From a virus (taxonomy: Duplodnaviria; Caudoviricetes): 64,000 nucleotides of DNA. The notes under the pieces are model-generated. The model saw only the letters and a list, made by a program, of their open reading frames with translations, had not been told where the DNA came from and ran no database searches. The stretch lies in the IMG/VR virus record IMGVR_UViG_3300038379_000133, positions 800-64,799 of that record; one strand, written 5' to 3'. Made by a program: the position numbers and the translations under genes. Shown piece by piece: positions 35,304 to 44,451 of the stretch. The stretch's first letter is position 1. Each line of letters begins with the position of its first letter.

Positions 35304-35759
35304 GTGGATCTCGTCATGGTCTCGTGCGAATATCAATCGCAGCAGCCGTCTGAGATCCACGCAGCGGAACGCGCGTTATCCGACATCCTCGATCGATGTT
35401 CGCAGCTCGATCCGCTCAAGAGCAGCTTCTCGGTAAGTGGCCTTACGACCACCACTGAGACACCGACAGTCCTCATGTCGGTCAGTGTGCCGAGCGGCAA
35501 GGTGACATCTCTCATTGCGGAGGTGTTCGGCTTTTACGCCAACGACGAGCTGTTGTCGTATTCGAGCGTCCATGTGCTCACCGTGCGACGCCAGAACGAT
35601 CAAACGACCATCATAGGAAGTCAAACCACGCTGCACGCGGAAGATGATAGCGCCTCTGTATCGATCGTGTCCGACGGACCGAATGTGAACGTAGTCGTCG
35701 AGGGCACGGCCTATTTCACTATCAACTGGAGCGCACGGTTGACCATGCGTTCGCATTGA
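35304..35759 (+). CDS. Beta-rich virion protein, paralog B
   Basis: EYQSQQP..., QLDPLK, GKVT..IAE shared with paralog A. Confidence 0.7.
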   Translation: MDLVMVSCEYQSQQPSEIHAAERALSDILDRCSQLDPLKSSFSVSGLTTTTETPTVLMSVSVPSGKVTSLIAEVFGFYANDELLSYSSVHVLTVRRQNDQTTIIGSQTTLHAEDDSASVSIVSDGPNVNVVVEGTAYFTINWSARLTMRSH

Positions 35760-35778
35760 CAGCAGTGGAGCTGACAGA

Positions 35779-36375
35779 GTGTCGCAGCGACGAGTCACGC
35801 AATCGCAATCAGCCAAGCTCGTAGCGATCCTGTCGCTGTCATCGACCGGAGCGCCGGCGACGGGGCTCACAGCTTCTGCGCTGACGTGTCAATATCGCAA
35901 AGCAGGCGGTGTCTTCACGCCCAAGTCGCTGACCGGATCGTTCACTGAGATCGGCTCCGGCGTGTACGAGGTAGACTTTTCAGCGTCTGAGCTAGACACG
36001 CTTGGACAGTTCCTCTTCACGATTACCGGCGGAACGATTGCGCAGTTCGTCGGAGATGCCGAGGTCATTGCTGCCACACAGGCATCGACAGCGACTAGCG
36101 TCATCACCTGCATGGTGAGCGATGCGCTCTATGACGTCACCGGTCTTCCAGTCATCGGAGCGGTCGTAACAGCGCGCATTGTTGGAGCACCTCAGACGCA
36201 GGGCAAAGTAGCGCTCTCAAAGAACGATGTCTCGGCAGTGACCGATGCGAATGGGGTGTTCTTCCTCGCGCTCGCGCGACTCGCAGAAGTCGTGGTCATG
36301 ATCCCGAGCGCTGGCTACCAACGGCGGCTCACGGTGCCTAACCAGGCGACCGCGCAGCTCTTTGCGATCCCGTAA
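35779..36375 (+). CDS. Virion protein with Ig/carboxypeptidase-regulatory-like domains
   Basis: GAPATGLT, GVYEV, G.PVIGAVVTA, TDANGVF. Confidence 0.7.
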   Translation: MSQRRVTQSQSAKLVAILSLSSTGAPATGLTASALTCQYRKAGGVFTPKSLTGSFTEIGSGVYEVDFSASELDTLGQFLFTITGGTIAQFVGDAEVIAATQASTATSVITCMVSDALYDVTGLPVIGAVVTARIVGAPQTQGKVALSKNDVSAVTDANGVFFLALARLAEVVVMIPSAGYQRRLTVPNQATAQLFAIP

Positions 36376-36377
36376 CG

Positions 36378-38021
36378 ATGGCAGCTCCTACTGCCGTCGC
36401 TGTCTCGGTCGACGCAACTGAGTATTCACAGTACGAAGAAGAATCAGCGACGATTACGATCACGGTCGACGTGACAGGCTCGTCCATGACCGGCGAGCAA
36501 GTGCGCATCACGCTGCGCAAGGCCCGCAGGGCGAGGGATGTGTCGGTAGCGACGCTCACGCACACGCTCGGAAGCGAGACGTCGTTCACAAAGACGATCC
36601 ACTTGCCGGATGTCGTGACCACTGACGAGATCAGCAAGGTGCGGCGCGGGCGCTACTTCGTGCGCGCTGAGTCTGTCACATCGCCTAGCGTCTATGGCGT
36701 GACATCTGACTTCACCGTTGCCATCGTAACGACGTCTCGTCTTAGACAACAGGAGCTGTTTGGCGTCGAGCTGACAGACATCACGTCGCTCGGAGTGAAG
36801 GACCAGCCGTCGGTCTTGACGGGACTCGAGGTCGTGGAAGTAAGCGCGAACCACCCGGCGCAATGGGGTACGCTCGCTTACACAGGCCCTGCGGGAGAAA
36901 CAGAGCTATCCGGCTCCGTCGACACTGGCAGCACGACGACAATCGTGACATGGGTCGGCGGTGGCCTAACCACCAACGCACACATCGGCAAATATCTCGT
37001 CGCCGGAGGCGAGACGCGACCCATAGTCAGCAACACATCGACAGCCCTTACGGTATCTCCTGGCTTTTCGTCAGCACCTGCTGCGTCGTCATCGGCGCTC
37101 ATCCAGAAGAGCGGACAGCGAACGCTATCCTGGTGCGGCGGTCCAGTGGTAGCGCTTGCGAGCAGCAAGACGCGATACCTGCTGCGTCGCGTCGCTCGGC
37201 CGACGGACACGAGCTTCATCGTGGTCGACGTAACGCACGACAGTCTCCCGTATCAGACCAATTCAGAAGACTTGCTGATCACAGCCGTGCCTATGACGAC
37301 CACGAGGCTCGCCAATATCATCGAGCGCGCAACTGCATGGGCTGAAGAGTCGGGGATCCAGGTCTACCTCGAGCCGACGCGCATCATCACTGACATTCCA
37401 TCAGACGCAGCAACCACACAGTCAGGATCTGATATTCCAGTATTCGCCGGCGCAGATTGGGACGAGGTAGTGCCCCCGCTCACGTACTTTAGACCGTCAC
37501 ACGGATATGTAGCGTTCACGTGCCCGCAGCAGCCGATCATATCGTTCGCTTCTCTCTCCGGTCGCATCGGAACGAGCGAGGTCATCGATGTTCCGTCCGA
37601 CTGGATTCAGTTCGCACCAAGCAACGGTTTCGTCGAGCTAGTCCCGTATGGCCTGAACAGCGTGAGTCAGTTTCAGGGCATGGTCTGGTACACGTTCGTG
37701 CGACCGGATGTGATTCCTAATTTCTGGCACTACGACATGCTAGCTGGATTTCGCAAGCGGTGCCCTGCGCCGCTCGTCGAGCTAGTGCACAAGAAGGCTG
37801 CGCTAGACCTCTACACGATGCTATCGCAAGCTCGCAACGCTGTGTCAGGTGAACAGATCGGACGCGACGGCGTGTTGGAGCGCACGGAGTACACGACGTC
37901 TGCGATGTACGGCACTCTGTCAGCGTCGATCCTCGACATCGACCGATGGCTGAAGCACGCGGTGACAGAGCTGCGGATGAAGTATCGAGGTGCTGTCGTC
38001 GATGCCTTGGGGGGGCCGTAA
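36378..38021 (+). CDS. Head-tail adaptor-like protein with inserted accessory domain
   Basis: Position; C-terminal adaptor-like region (FWHYDMLAGF...IGRDGV); insert shared with sheath. Confidence 0.65.
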   Translation: MAAPTAVAVSVDATEYSQYEEESATITITVDVTGSSMTGEQVRITLRKARRARDVSVATLTHTLGSETSFTKTIHLPDVVTTDEISKVRRGRYFVRAESVTSPSVYGVTSDFTVAIVTTSRLRQQELFGVELTDITSLGVKDQPSVLTGLEVVEVSANHPAQWGTLAYTGPAGETELSGSVDTGSTTTIVTWVGGGLTTNAHIGKYLVAGGETRPIVSNTSTALTVSPGFSSAPAASSSALIQKSGQRTLSWCGGPVVALASSKTRYLLRRVARPTDTSFIVVDVTHDSLPYQTNSEDLLITAVPMTTTRLANIIERATAWAEESGIQVYLEPTRIITDIPSDAATTQSGSDIPVFAGADWDEVVPPLTYFRPSHGYVAFTCPQQPIISFASLSGRIGTSEVIDVPSDWIQFAPSNGFVELVPYGLNSVSQFQGMVWYTFVRPDVIPNFWHYDMLAGFRKRCPAPLVELVHKKAALDLYTMLSQARNAVSGEQIGRDGVLERTEYTTSAMYGTLSASILDIDRWLKHAVTELRMKYRGAVVDALGGP

Positions 38022-38794
38022 TGCCGTACGGCTTTCAAGAAGCGAGGCTACAAGCGTTCATCGATCGACACTCGGTCACGATGATACACGAGGTGGGGCT
38101 GAAATGCCCGTGTCGCGACGAGGACGTGTTCTCAACGATGACAGAGGATGGGCTAGGTGCTGTCGCGCGCGTCGACTGCTCGCTCTGTCACGGTGGGCAA
38201 TTCATCTATCGAGATGCTGCGGAGATCACGGGGCTGCTAGGCGGAATGACCCTTCAGTTACTGCCGAGCGAAATGGCGTGGCTCGCGCCTGGAGATGCAG
38301 TATTCTCGGCTAGCCTGTCGTCCACGATGGGGTGCGACAACGAGCGACGGATCGGCGAATGGGACGCGCTGACCTCAACAGCGCCGCAGCCAGTAGACGG
38401 CGGGCAGGTCATAGCGCGAGGAGCTGCGACCAGAGGCGTAGCTCGAGGCGTGTCCGGCGTCATCAGCGACGACGAGGATCCGTTGTGGTATCTACCTGGT
38501 GAACCCGTGTGGTGTGAAGACACGGAAGGCACGCGCTACGAAGGTGGCGCAGACTACGTGCTAGATAGCGAGCGGCCCGTCGTGCGGTGGCTGACCGGGG
38601 CTCGCCGGCCACCGCCGGGGAGACGCTACGTGATCAAATACACAGCGTACGTGCGATGGATCGTACTTGCACCTCCTGTTCGACGATGGGACAAAGATTG
38701 GCAAGAACTAGGCGATCGCGTGCTCATCCGCAAAGAGCATGTCTTTCGCACTAAGCGCGTGCAACATGATGCTGACGCCATGGTAGGTCGATGA
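38021..38794 (+). CDS. Head closure / neck protein
   Basis: LKCPC...CSLCHG signature and position as in SPO1/K-like neck genes. Confidence 0.7.
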   Translation: MPYGFQEARLQAFIDRHSVTMIHEVGLKCPCRDEDVFSTMTEDGLGAVARVDCSLCHGGQFIYRDAAEITGLLGGMTLQLLPSEMAWLAPGDAVFSASLSSTMGCDNERRIGEWDALTSTAPQPVDGGQVIARGAATRGVARGVSGVISDDEDPLWYLPGEPVWCEDTEGTRYEGGADYVLDSERPVVRWLTGARRPPPGRRYVIKYTAYVRWIVLAPPVRRWDKDWQELGDRVLIRKEHVFRTKRVQHDADAMVGR

Positions 38795-39315
38795 ATAGCG
38801 TCATCAAGTATCGGTTTAGGGTCGAGGTCGAGCTCGACGAAGAAGAGCACGAGCGTGCAATGGAAGCTGCGGCGCAGCACATCGCAGAGCAAGTCGAAAA
38901 GGTCTGGCGCGCCGATGTAGCTGCGCAGCTCGTGACGACACGCAGCGCATACGAGCAAGAGCTATCGTTTGAGCGAACGCCCCATGGCGTCACAGCGACC
39001 GTGGGGCGCAACGACGGGCTCTTCTCGCTTGGCGTGCGGGTAGAAGGCGGACAGCGCGGACCATTCGATCTAAAGCCAGGGTACTTGCACGGCAACCCGT
39101 GGAAGTACGGTCCGCGCACGGATAGAGGCACCATCATCTTTCGCAAGCTCGGACCGCGCACGATCCCGATCGACACGGCGTGGCCGAATAAGCACAAGCA
39201 ATGGATGCACCCAGGCATCAAGGCGCGTGACATCAAAGCGCGCGTCATGGCTGACTTCCGTTCGCGCATTGGACCGGAGGCCGTTCAGGCATATCTCGAC
39301 GAGGTAGGCGCATGA
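38791..39315 (+). CDS. Neck / tail-joining protein
   Basis: RVEGGQRGPFDLKPGYL, WMHPGIKAR. Confidence 0.65.
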   Translation: MNSVIKYRFRVEVELDEEEHERAMEAAAQHIAEQVEKVWRADVAAQLVTTRSAYEQELSFERTPHGVTATVGRNDGLFSLGVRVEGGQRGPFDLKPGYLHGNPWKYGPRTDRGTIIFRKLGPRTIPIDTAWPNKHKQWMHPGIKARDIKARVMADFRSRIGPEAVQAYLDEVGA

Positions 39316-40376
39316 GCGTCTTGCCGGAGCTGGTCATGCGAGCCTCGCTTGTGCGCGGCCTTGACGCATTTCGGTCGGACGGCACGTATGCGCGAGAGCT
39401 GTTCAGCTCGATGACTGGAGACGATCAGGAACGCTGCGTGCGCTACTGCGAAACGCTTGCGTTGCCGATTCACGCAGGCGGCATGCCCAAGCCGAACCAG
39501 CTGACGCTGCCATGCGCGGTCATCATCCTGCGCAACGAATCCGAGCCGCACCCGATGCTCGGGGATTTCATGGGATACGAGCCGCCAGAGGATCATGCCT
39601 ATGGCGGAGCCATCTTGCCTGACGTCATCGGCGGCACAGCCAGTGCGGCAGGCGCAGCCGAAACGCAGCAAGCATGGCCTGAAGATGGGTCGGTCTATAG
39701 CGTCGCATCAGCTGCATCGAACATGCTGAGCATCGCAGACGCAACGCTCTGGTGGACCAAGCGCTGGGCCACGGGATCCTACGAGGTCCACATCGAGGGC
39801 GGAACCGGACGCGGCCAGGTAAGGCAGATCACGGACAACACGCCGTCGTCGCTCATCGTGTCGCCGTCGTGGGTCACGATCCCGGACACGACGAGCCGCT
39901 TCAGCATTCACAGGATAGCAGCAGAAGAACCCGCGCGAATTGGCACCGCGCAGGCTCTCTATGACAAGCGCTCCTCGCAGATCGTCGAACGCATCGGGTC
40001 GATCCTGAAGCCGACCTACAATGTCATCGTGGCCGAGTCAGAACCATGGAGGTTGCTGGTCCTTACCGCGATCCTCAAGGCTGTGATATTATCAGCTCGG
40101 TTGCTATTCGAGCGAAACGGCATGCACGGACTCAAGGTCACCGCAACGGATGTCGTATCAGCGCAGGCTCTCTTGCCGGCAGAAGCCTATGCACGGTCGA
40201 TGCTCGTGGAGTTCCATAACGAGTTCTCGTTGACTCGCATCGCTGATGGCATCATTGGCGACGGCGCTGTGACATCGATCGGCCTCGAGCTATACGATGG
40301 GCAACAGAATCAAGTGACGAATCCGGCGACAGTCACGATCGATACGGGCGTCGAGCCGCCAGGGGTTTTGCCATGA
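39312..40376 (+). CDS. Tail terminator/completion protein with inserted accessory domain
   Basis: LPCAVIILRNESE, C-terminal LFERNGM..LKV, YARSM; position before sheath. Confidence 0.7.
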   Translation: MSVLPELVMRASLVRGLDAFRSDGTYARELFSSMTGDDQERCVRYCETLALPIHAGGMPKPNQLTLPCAVIILRNESEPHPMLGDFMGYEPPEDHAYGGAILPDVIGGTASAAGAAETQQAWPEDGSVYSVASAASNMLSIADATLWWTKRWATGSYEVHIEGGTGRGQVRQITDNTPSSLIVSPSWVTIPDTTSRFSIHRIAAEEPARIGTAQALYDKRSSQIVERIGSILKPTYNVIVAESEPWRLLVLTAILKAVILSARLLFERNGMHGLKVTATDVVSAQALLPAEAYARSMLVEFHNEFSLTRIADGIIGDGAVTSIGLELYDGQQNQVTNPATVTIDTGVEPPGVLP

Positions 40377-40612
40377 GGCGTAAGCCGCAGGAGTTTGATA
40401 AGATGATCGACGAGATGAGCGAGCGAGACGAGTTTGCGCAGCCACCGCCCGTTGCTACCAAGGCAGCACAACCGGAACCGCGCATGACGTTTCTGGCCTG
40501 GTTCAGATCGACCGGCCGCAAGGAGCATCACGTCACGCCGATGTCTAGGTACGCTAGCACCGAGGGTTGGTTGACAGCTGCCGAGTGGCAGCAGCGCTTC
40601 GCCAAATACTAG
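40373..40612 (+). CDS. Small conserved pre-sheath protein
   Basis: MTFLAWF...TAAEWQQRFAKY; position. Confidence 0.65.
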   Translation: MRRKPQEFDKMIDEMSERDEFAQPPPVATKAAQPEPRMTFLAWFRSTGRKEHHVTPMSRYASTEGWLTAAEWQQRFAKY

Positions 40613-40663
40613 GTCGTTGATGGATGAGTCGGCGCTGGTGGCGCCTTCGGATGAGAGAACGAC

Positions 40664-43093
40664 ATGCCTCTTGCCGTGTCTGTCAATGGACGCCTGGAAT
40701 ATGGCGCTGGTGCGTACTCGACGTTTTCCGTCGTCCCGACATCGGGTGTATCCCCGCAATCGATCGGGACCGTTCAGCTCATTGGCGAGGCTGACGCTGG
40801 GCCGCCAGGACTCGCGCTCATCACGAGACCGTCGGATGCCAAGAGTATCTACCGAGGGGGGGTGCTCGCGAACGCGATCCTTGCTGCGTTCAACCCGTCG
40901 ACTGGAGAGGCCGACGTGCCAGGCGGGGCATACCGCGTGTACGTGTACAAGACGAATCAGAGCACGCAGGCAGCATCTTCGCTTCCGCTCGCTACCGGCT
41001 CGGCTCACACAACGACAGCGGGATCTACCGCGACGGTCATTCAATATACTGGTACACCGTTCACGGCGAGTCAACACATCGGCAGATGGCTCAAGATCGG
41101 AAGCGAAAAGCGACGCATCACGGCTAACACGACGAGCGCGATTACCGTGAGCCCTGGCTTCACGACCGCGCCAGGCAGCGGCGTGTCCACCACCGTGCTC
41201 GGCAACGCATGCAGCGTCACAGCGCAGACGTACGGCGTACATGGCAACGGTACGTCTATCGAGTTTGAGGCAACTGCTACGGCCGGGCAGTATACTTGTA
41301 CGGTTGCGCTAGAGGATCGCGTCGAGACGTTCACGCCTATCGGGCGCAAGCCGTATTTTCGCTTGATGTACAAAGGCGGTCCGATCCCAGCGCTGACAGG
41401 CACAGAACCAGCGAGCGGGACGATCGCAAGCGTTACGAACAACGGACTCACCGTCAACGTGACGCTAGCTTCAGCGCCGACGAGCGGCACACAATTCAAT
41501 GCGATGGTTCTCGAACTGCCTGGCAATCGGAGACGACTCATCGCATCTCATACGACCGCGACAGCTCCGTGTCCAATCACTCTCGATGCAGCACATGCGC
41601 TGACAGCATCCGAAATCTCGGCTGTCACCGGCGGCACAGCGACTGTCCGAAACGTCACGAGCGCGACAGCTACGATGAACGGCACGGCAGGTGATGTCAC
41701 CGGCTTCTCGACCGCTGTGCTACCGACGGCAGACGACACGTCGTACGTGTTTGACATTGCGTTCTCGACGCTGCGACAGTTCATTGACCTGATCAACGCG
41801 ACGAGCAACTACATCGCGACGGCTGCGGCAGGTATCAACGTCGACACAGCGCTGCTCAACGACTTCGACTTCGGCGCGTCAGCATCGGCAGTAGACATCC
41901 GCTTCGATGCAGCGGTCGAAGACGCTATTTTGTCCGGCGATACCGCGCCAACGAAGCGCAGTCGATTCTTTCAGGACTTGATGGAGCTCGTGCGCACGGT
42001 CAACGCGTCATCGAAGCTCGTCACGCTCGCGCGCTCGACCGCAGGCTCGATCGACGGGACGCAATTGCCAGATGTCACCGGGGGCATCGCAAGCTCGTAT
42101 CGAGACGTAGCTATCTACTTGACCGCAGGAGCCCGTGGATCGAGCACCAATACCAACTGGCAAACTGGATTCGATGAGCTAGGGAACTATCGCGGGAATT
42201 CAGTCGTTCCGCTCATCACCTACGATCTAGCGCAAGATGGTCTCGGATCGACGGCTACGTTTTCGAGCGTCGCGGCGATGCTGCAACTGCACATCGACCA
42301 ACGCAACGGTGCACTCGCAAACGAAGCGCGCGGGTACATGGGCATGGCCGGCACCTTTACGTCCGTTCGCAACCAATCGCGCACGTTCAACCATCCGTTC
42401 ATTCAGCTCGCTGCACAAAAGGCGACGTTCCTAGACATCAACGGCGCGCTGACGCAGCAAGGCGAATGGCTCATCGCCGTCATGGCAGCAGGCATGCGAG
42501 CTGGAGCGCGCGAGATCGGAACGCCGCTCACGCGCAAGGGCCTCCGAGTGACTGCGCTCTCGCAAGACCCGTCATGGGATCCGCATGACCACGCAGACGT
42601 CAACAGCGCTATCGCCGATGGCCTGCTCATCGTACAGGACCGATCACGCTTCGGCGAGACGGGGTTCAAGTTCAACCGGGACCGCACCACGTACGTTGGT
42701 AACTCCGCGCAGGACATCTACAATGACGGCAACATGGGCGAAGAGCTGTTGTTCCTCGTCTACGACTTGCGACAGAGACTCGAAACGACGTTCCTCGGCC
42801 AGAAGAACCATACCGGAGCGCCTGGCGCTGTGGCGACTGTCACGGCGATCAAGGACGAGACGAACGCGATTCTCGAGTCGTACGTCAAGGAGCCGTATCG
42901 GATCCTGACGTACTCCGAAGACCCGGATGATACAGCACCGGCCGGGCAGCGTCGCATCGTGCCTGGATTCGATCGAGTGACCGTGCGATCGGAAGGCAAC
43001 GCGACGCGCATCGGCGCGCGCGTGTTTTTGACGCCGGATACTGCGTTCATATTGCCGGAGATTGTTGCAGCGATCCCGAGCGTATCGGCGTAG
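40664..43093 (+). CDS. Tail sheath protein with inserted domains
   Basis: GAYS, LIGEADAGPPG, IYRGG.L, AAGMRAG..IGTPLTRK, AIADGLL, DLRQRLETTF. Confidence 0.9.
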   Translation: MPLAVSVNGRLEYGAGAYSTFSVVPTSGVSPQSIGTVQLIGEADAGPPGLALITRPSDAKSIYRGGVLANAILAAFNPSTGEADVPGGAYRVYVYKTNQSTQAASSLPLATGSAHTTTAGSTATVIQYTGTPFTASQHIGRWLKIGSEKRRITANTTSAITVSPGFTTAPGSGVSTTVLGNACSVTAQTYGVHGNGTSIEFEATATAGQYTCTVALEDRVETFTPIGRKPYFRLMYKGGPIPALTGTEPASGTIASVTNNGLTVNVTLASAPTSGTQFNAMVLELPGNRRRLIASHTTATAPCPITLDAAHALTASEISAVTGGTATVRNVTSATATMNGTAGDVTGFSTAVLPTADDTSYVFDIAFSTLRQFIDLINATSNYIATAAAGINVDTALLNDFDFGASASAVDIRFDAAVEDAILSGDTAPTKRSRFFQDLMELVRTVNASSKLVTLARSTAGSIDGTQLPDVTGGIASSYRDVAIYLTAGARGSSTNTNWQTGFDELGNYRGNSVVPLITYDLAQDGLGSTATFSSVAAMLQLHIDQRNGALANEARGYMGMAGTFTSVRNQSRTFNHPFIQLAAQKATFLDINGALTQQGEWLIAVMAAGMRAGAREIGTPLTRKGLRVTALSQDPSWDPHDHADVNSAIADGLLIVQDRSRFGETGFKFNRDRTTYVGNSAQDIYNDGNMGEELLFLVYDLRQRLETTFLGQKNHTGAPGAVATVTAIKDETNAILESYVKEPYRILTYSEDPDDTAPAGQRRIVPGFDRVTVRSEGNATRIGARVFLTPDTAFILPEIVAAIPSVSA

Positions 43094-43115
43094 ACGACGC
43101 CGCTGGGGAGATCAC

Positions 43116-43544
43116 ATGGCATCAGGGCACTTTTGGGGAGCTCGGGCGCGTTTTCGGTACGGCGGGCGTTACATCGGGTACTGCGCGGACGTCTCTGGAG
43201 AAGAGGTCGTCAACTACGAGGAGATCCATATCCTCAACCTGCTCGCTGTGCGAGAGCACGTGCCAGTCGCGTATATCGCTAGCGTGCAGGCGTCGATGTT
43301 CCGCATCGTCAATAATTCGCACAAAGCGCAGGGCATCTTCCCGACGTACGATAACATCTTGACCAGCGGCGAGCTGTCAGCTGTCGTGGAGGACACGCTG
43401 ACCGGGCAGAGCCCGTATCAATTCACAGGGTGTCGCGCGTCGTCGAAGAGCTTTGACGTGTCTGCGCGAGGTGTCACGTCCGAGAGGATTTCGTTCGTGG
43501 CGCTGAGGCAGTATGACGAATTCGAGCGGCCTCTGGCTGCATGA
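43116..43544 (+). CDS. Tail tube protein
   Basis: GARARF..GGRYIG, EEIHILN....EHVP; follows sheath; GGGGAG RBS. Confidence 0.85.
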   Translation: MASGHFWGARARFRYGGRYIGYCADVSGEEVVNYEEIHILNLLAVREHVPVAYIASVQASMFRIVNNSHKAQGIFPTYDNILTSGELSAVVEDTLTGQSPYQFTGCRASSKSFDVSARGVTSERISFVALRQYDEFERPLAA

Positions 43545-43589
43545 TCGCCGACTCACAGTGAGTCGCGCGCACAAAGAGGGTGACGAGGC

Positions 43590-44096
43590 ATGAGCGGACG
43601 CATGCAAAAGACCCATTCATTCCCGGTCGATTGGGATGACGACGGAGACCGAAAGAGTGGTTTTGTAACGATCAAGCGCCTGACAGCAGGCGACATGATG
43701 CGCATCGCGCAAATGAAAACGCAGCTACTCGGAGGCTATCACTGCGTGCGCGATGATGATGGGCACGTCACCGGACAGGGCGTTGATCCGATCGTCGAGT
43801 ATCGCGCTGACATCATGGCGACGGTCGAAGTTGCGGTCATCGACAAACCAGAGTGGCTCGACGTGCAGAAACTTCCAGAAGATCCGCTGGCGCCGGATTC
43901 CATCGCGCGTCGCATCTATGATGAGGTGAGCCGGTGGCACGGCACCTTTCGTGCGCGAGGACGGGACGATGCTCAAAGCGGAGGATCTGCGAACGGCAGC
44001 GCGCGCATTGGCGAGGGAAACGTTCCTGCGACCGACTCCCTGGGACGAAATGCGCATGTGGTGGACCAAGCACTTCCGTCTGCCCTCGACCCATGA
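43590..44096 (+). CDS. Tail assembly chaperone (G-like)
   Basis: GFVTIKRLTAGD, VIDKPEWL, ends its conserved part at W..TFR; position between tube and TMP. Confidence 0.8.
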   Translation: MSGRMQKTHSFPVDWDDDGDRKSGFVTIKRLTAGDMMRIAQMKTQLLGGYHCVRDDDGHVTGQGVDPIVEYRADIMATVEVAVIDKPEWLDVQKLPEDPLAPDSIARRIYDEVSRWHGTFRARGRDDAQSGGSANGSARIGEGNVPATDSLGRNAHVVDQALPSALDP

Positions 44097-44451
44097 GGCG
44101 TTTCTGAACGCGACACTCGACGACCTGTACGTCGAGTATTACGAACAATCGTTCATCGAGCGGCCAATCGAAGCGCACCGGCGCACGCCGGATAGCGACA
44201 TTGTGTTCGAAGCCACCGGCGACAAGCTCATCGATCGCTGGGAGCGCACGATTGCTGCGGGTGGCGTGCCGGATATCGACGAGCACGAGACGGAAGCAGT
44301 CCGCGCGGCGGCAGCGCGTGTGGACAAGGCAGCGCAGCGCGCGGCGAGCGGGATGAATGCGCTCTTCGGAGACAGTACGGATGCAGACACCGATCACACT
44401 GACGGTGCGTCTGCGTTCGGTAAGGCCATGCGACAGGTGACGCATGGCTGA
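43951..44451 (+). CDS. Tail assembly chaperone extension (T-like), +1 frame relative to the upstream gene
   Basis: WW..HFRLP.T...F; frame opens at the ACC TTT CGT site; alternative ATG at 43969. Confidence 0.75.
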   Translation: MREDGTMLKAEDLRTAARALARETFLRPTPWDEMRMWWTKHFRLPSTHEAFLNATLDDLYVEYYEQSFIERPIEAHRRTPDSDIVFEATGDKLIDRWERTIAAGGVPDIDEHETEAVRAAAARVDKAAQRAASGMNALFGDSTDADTDHTDGASAFGKAMRQVTHG

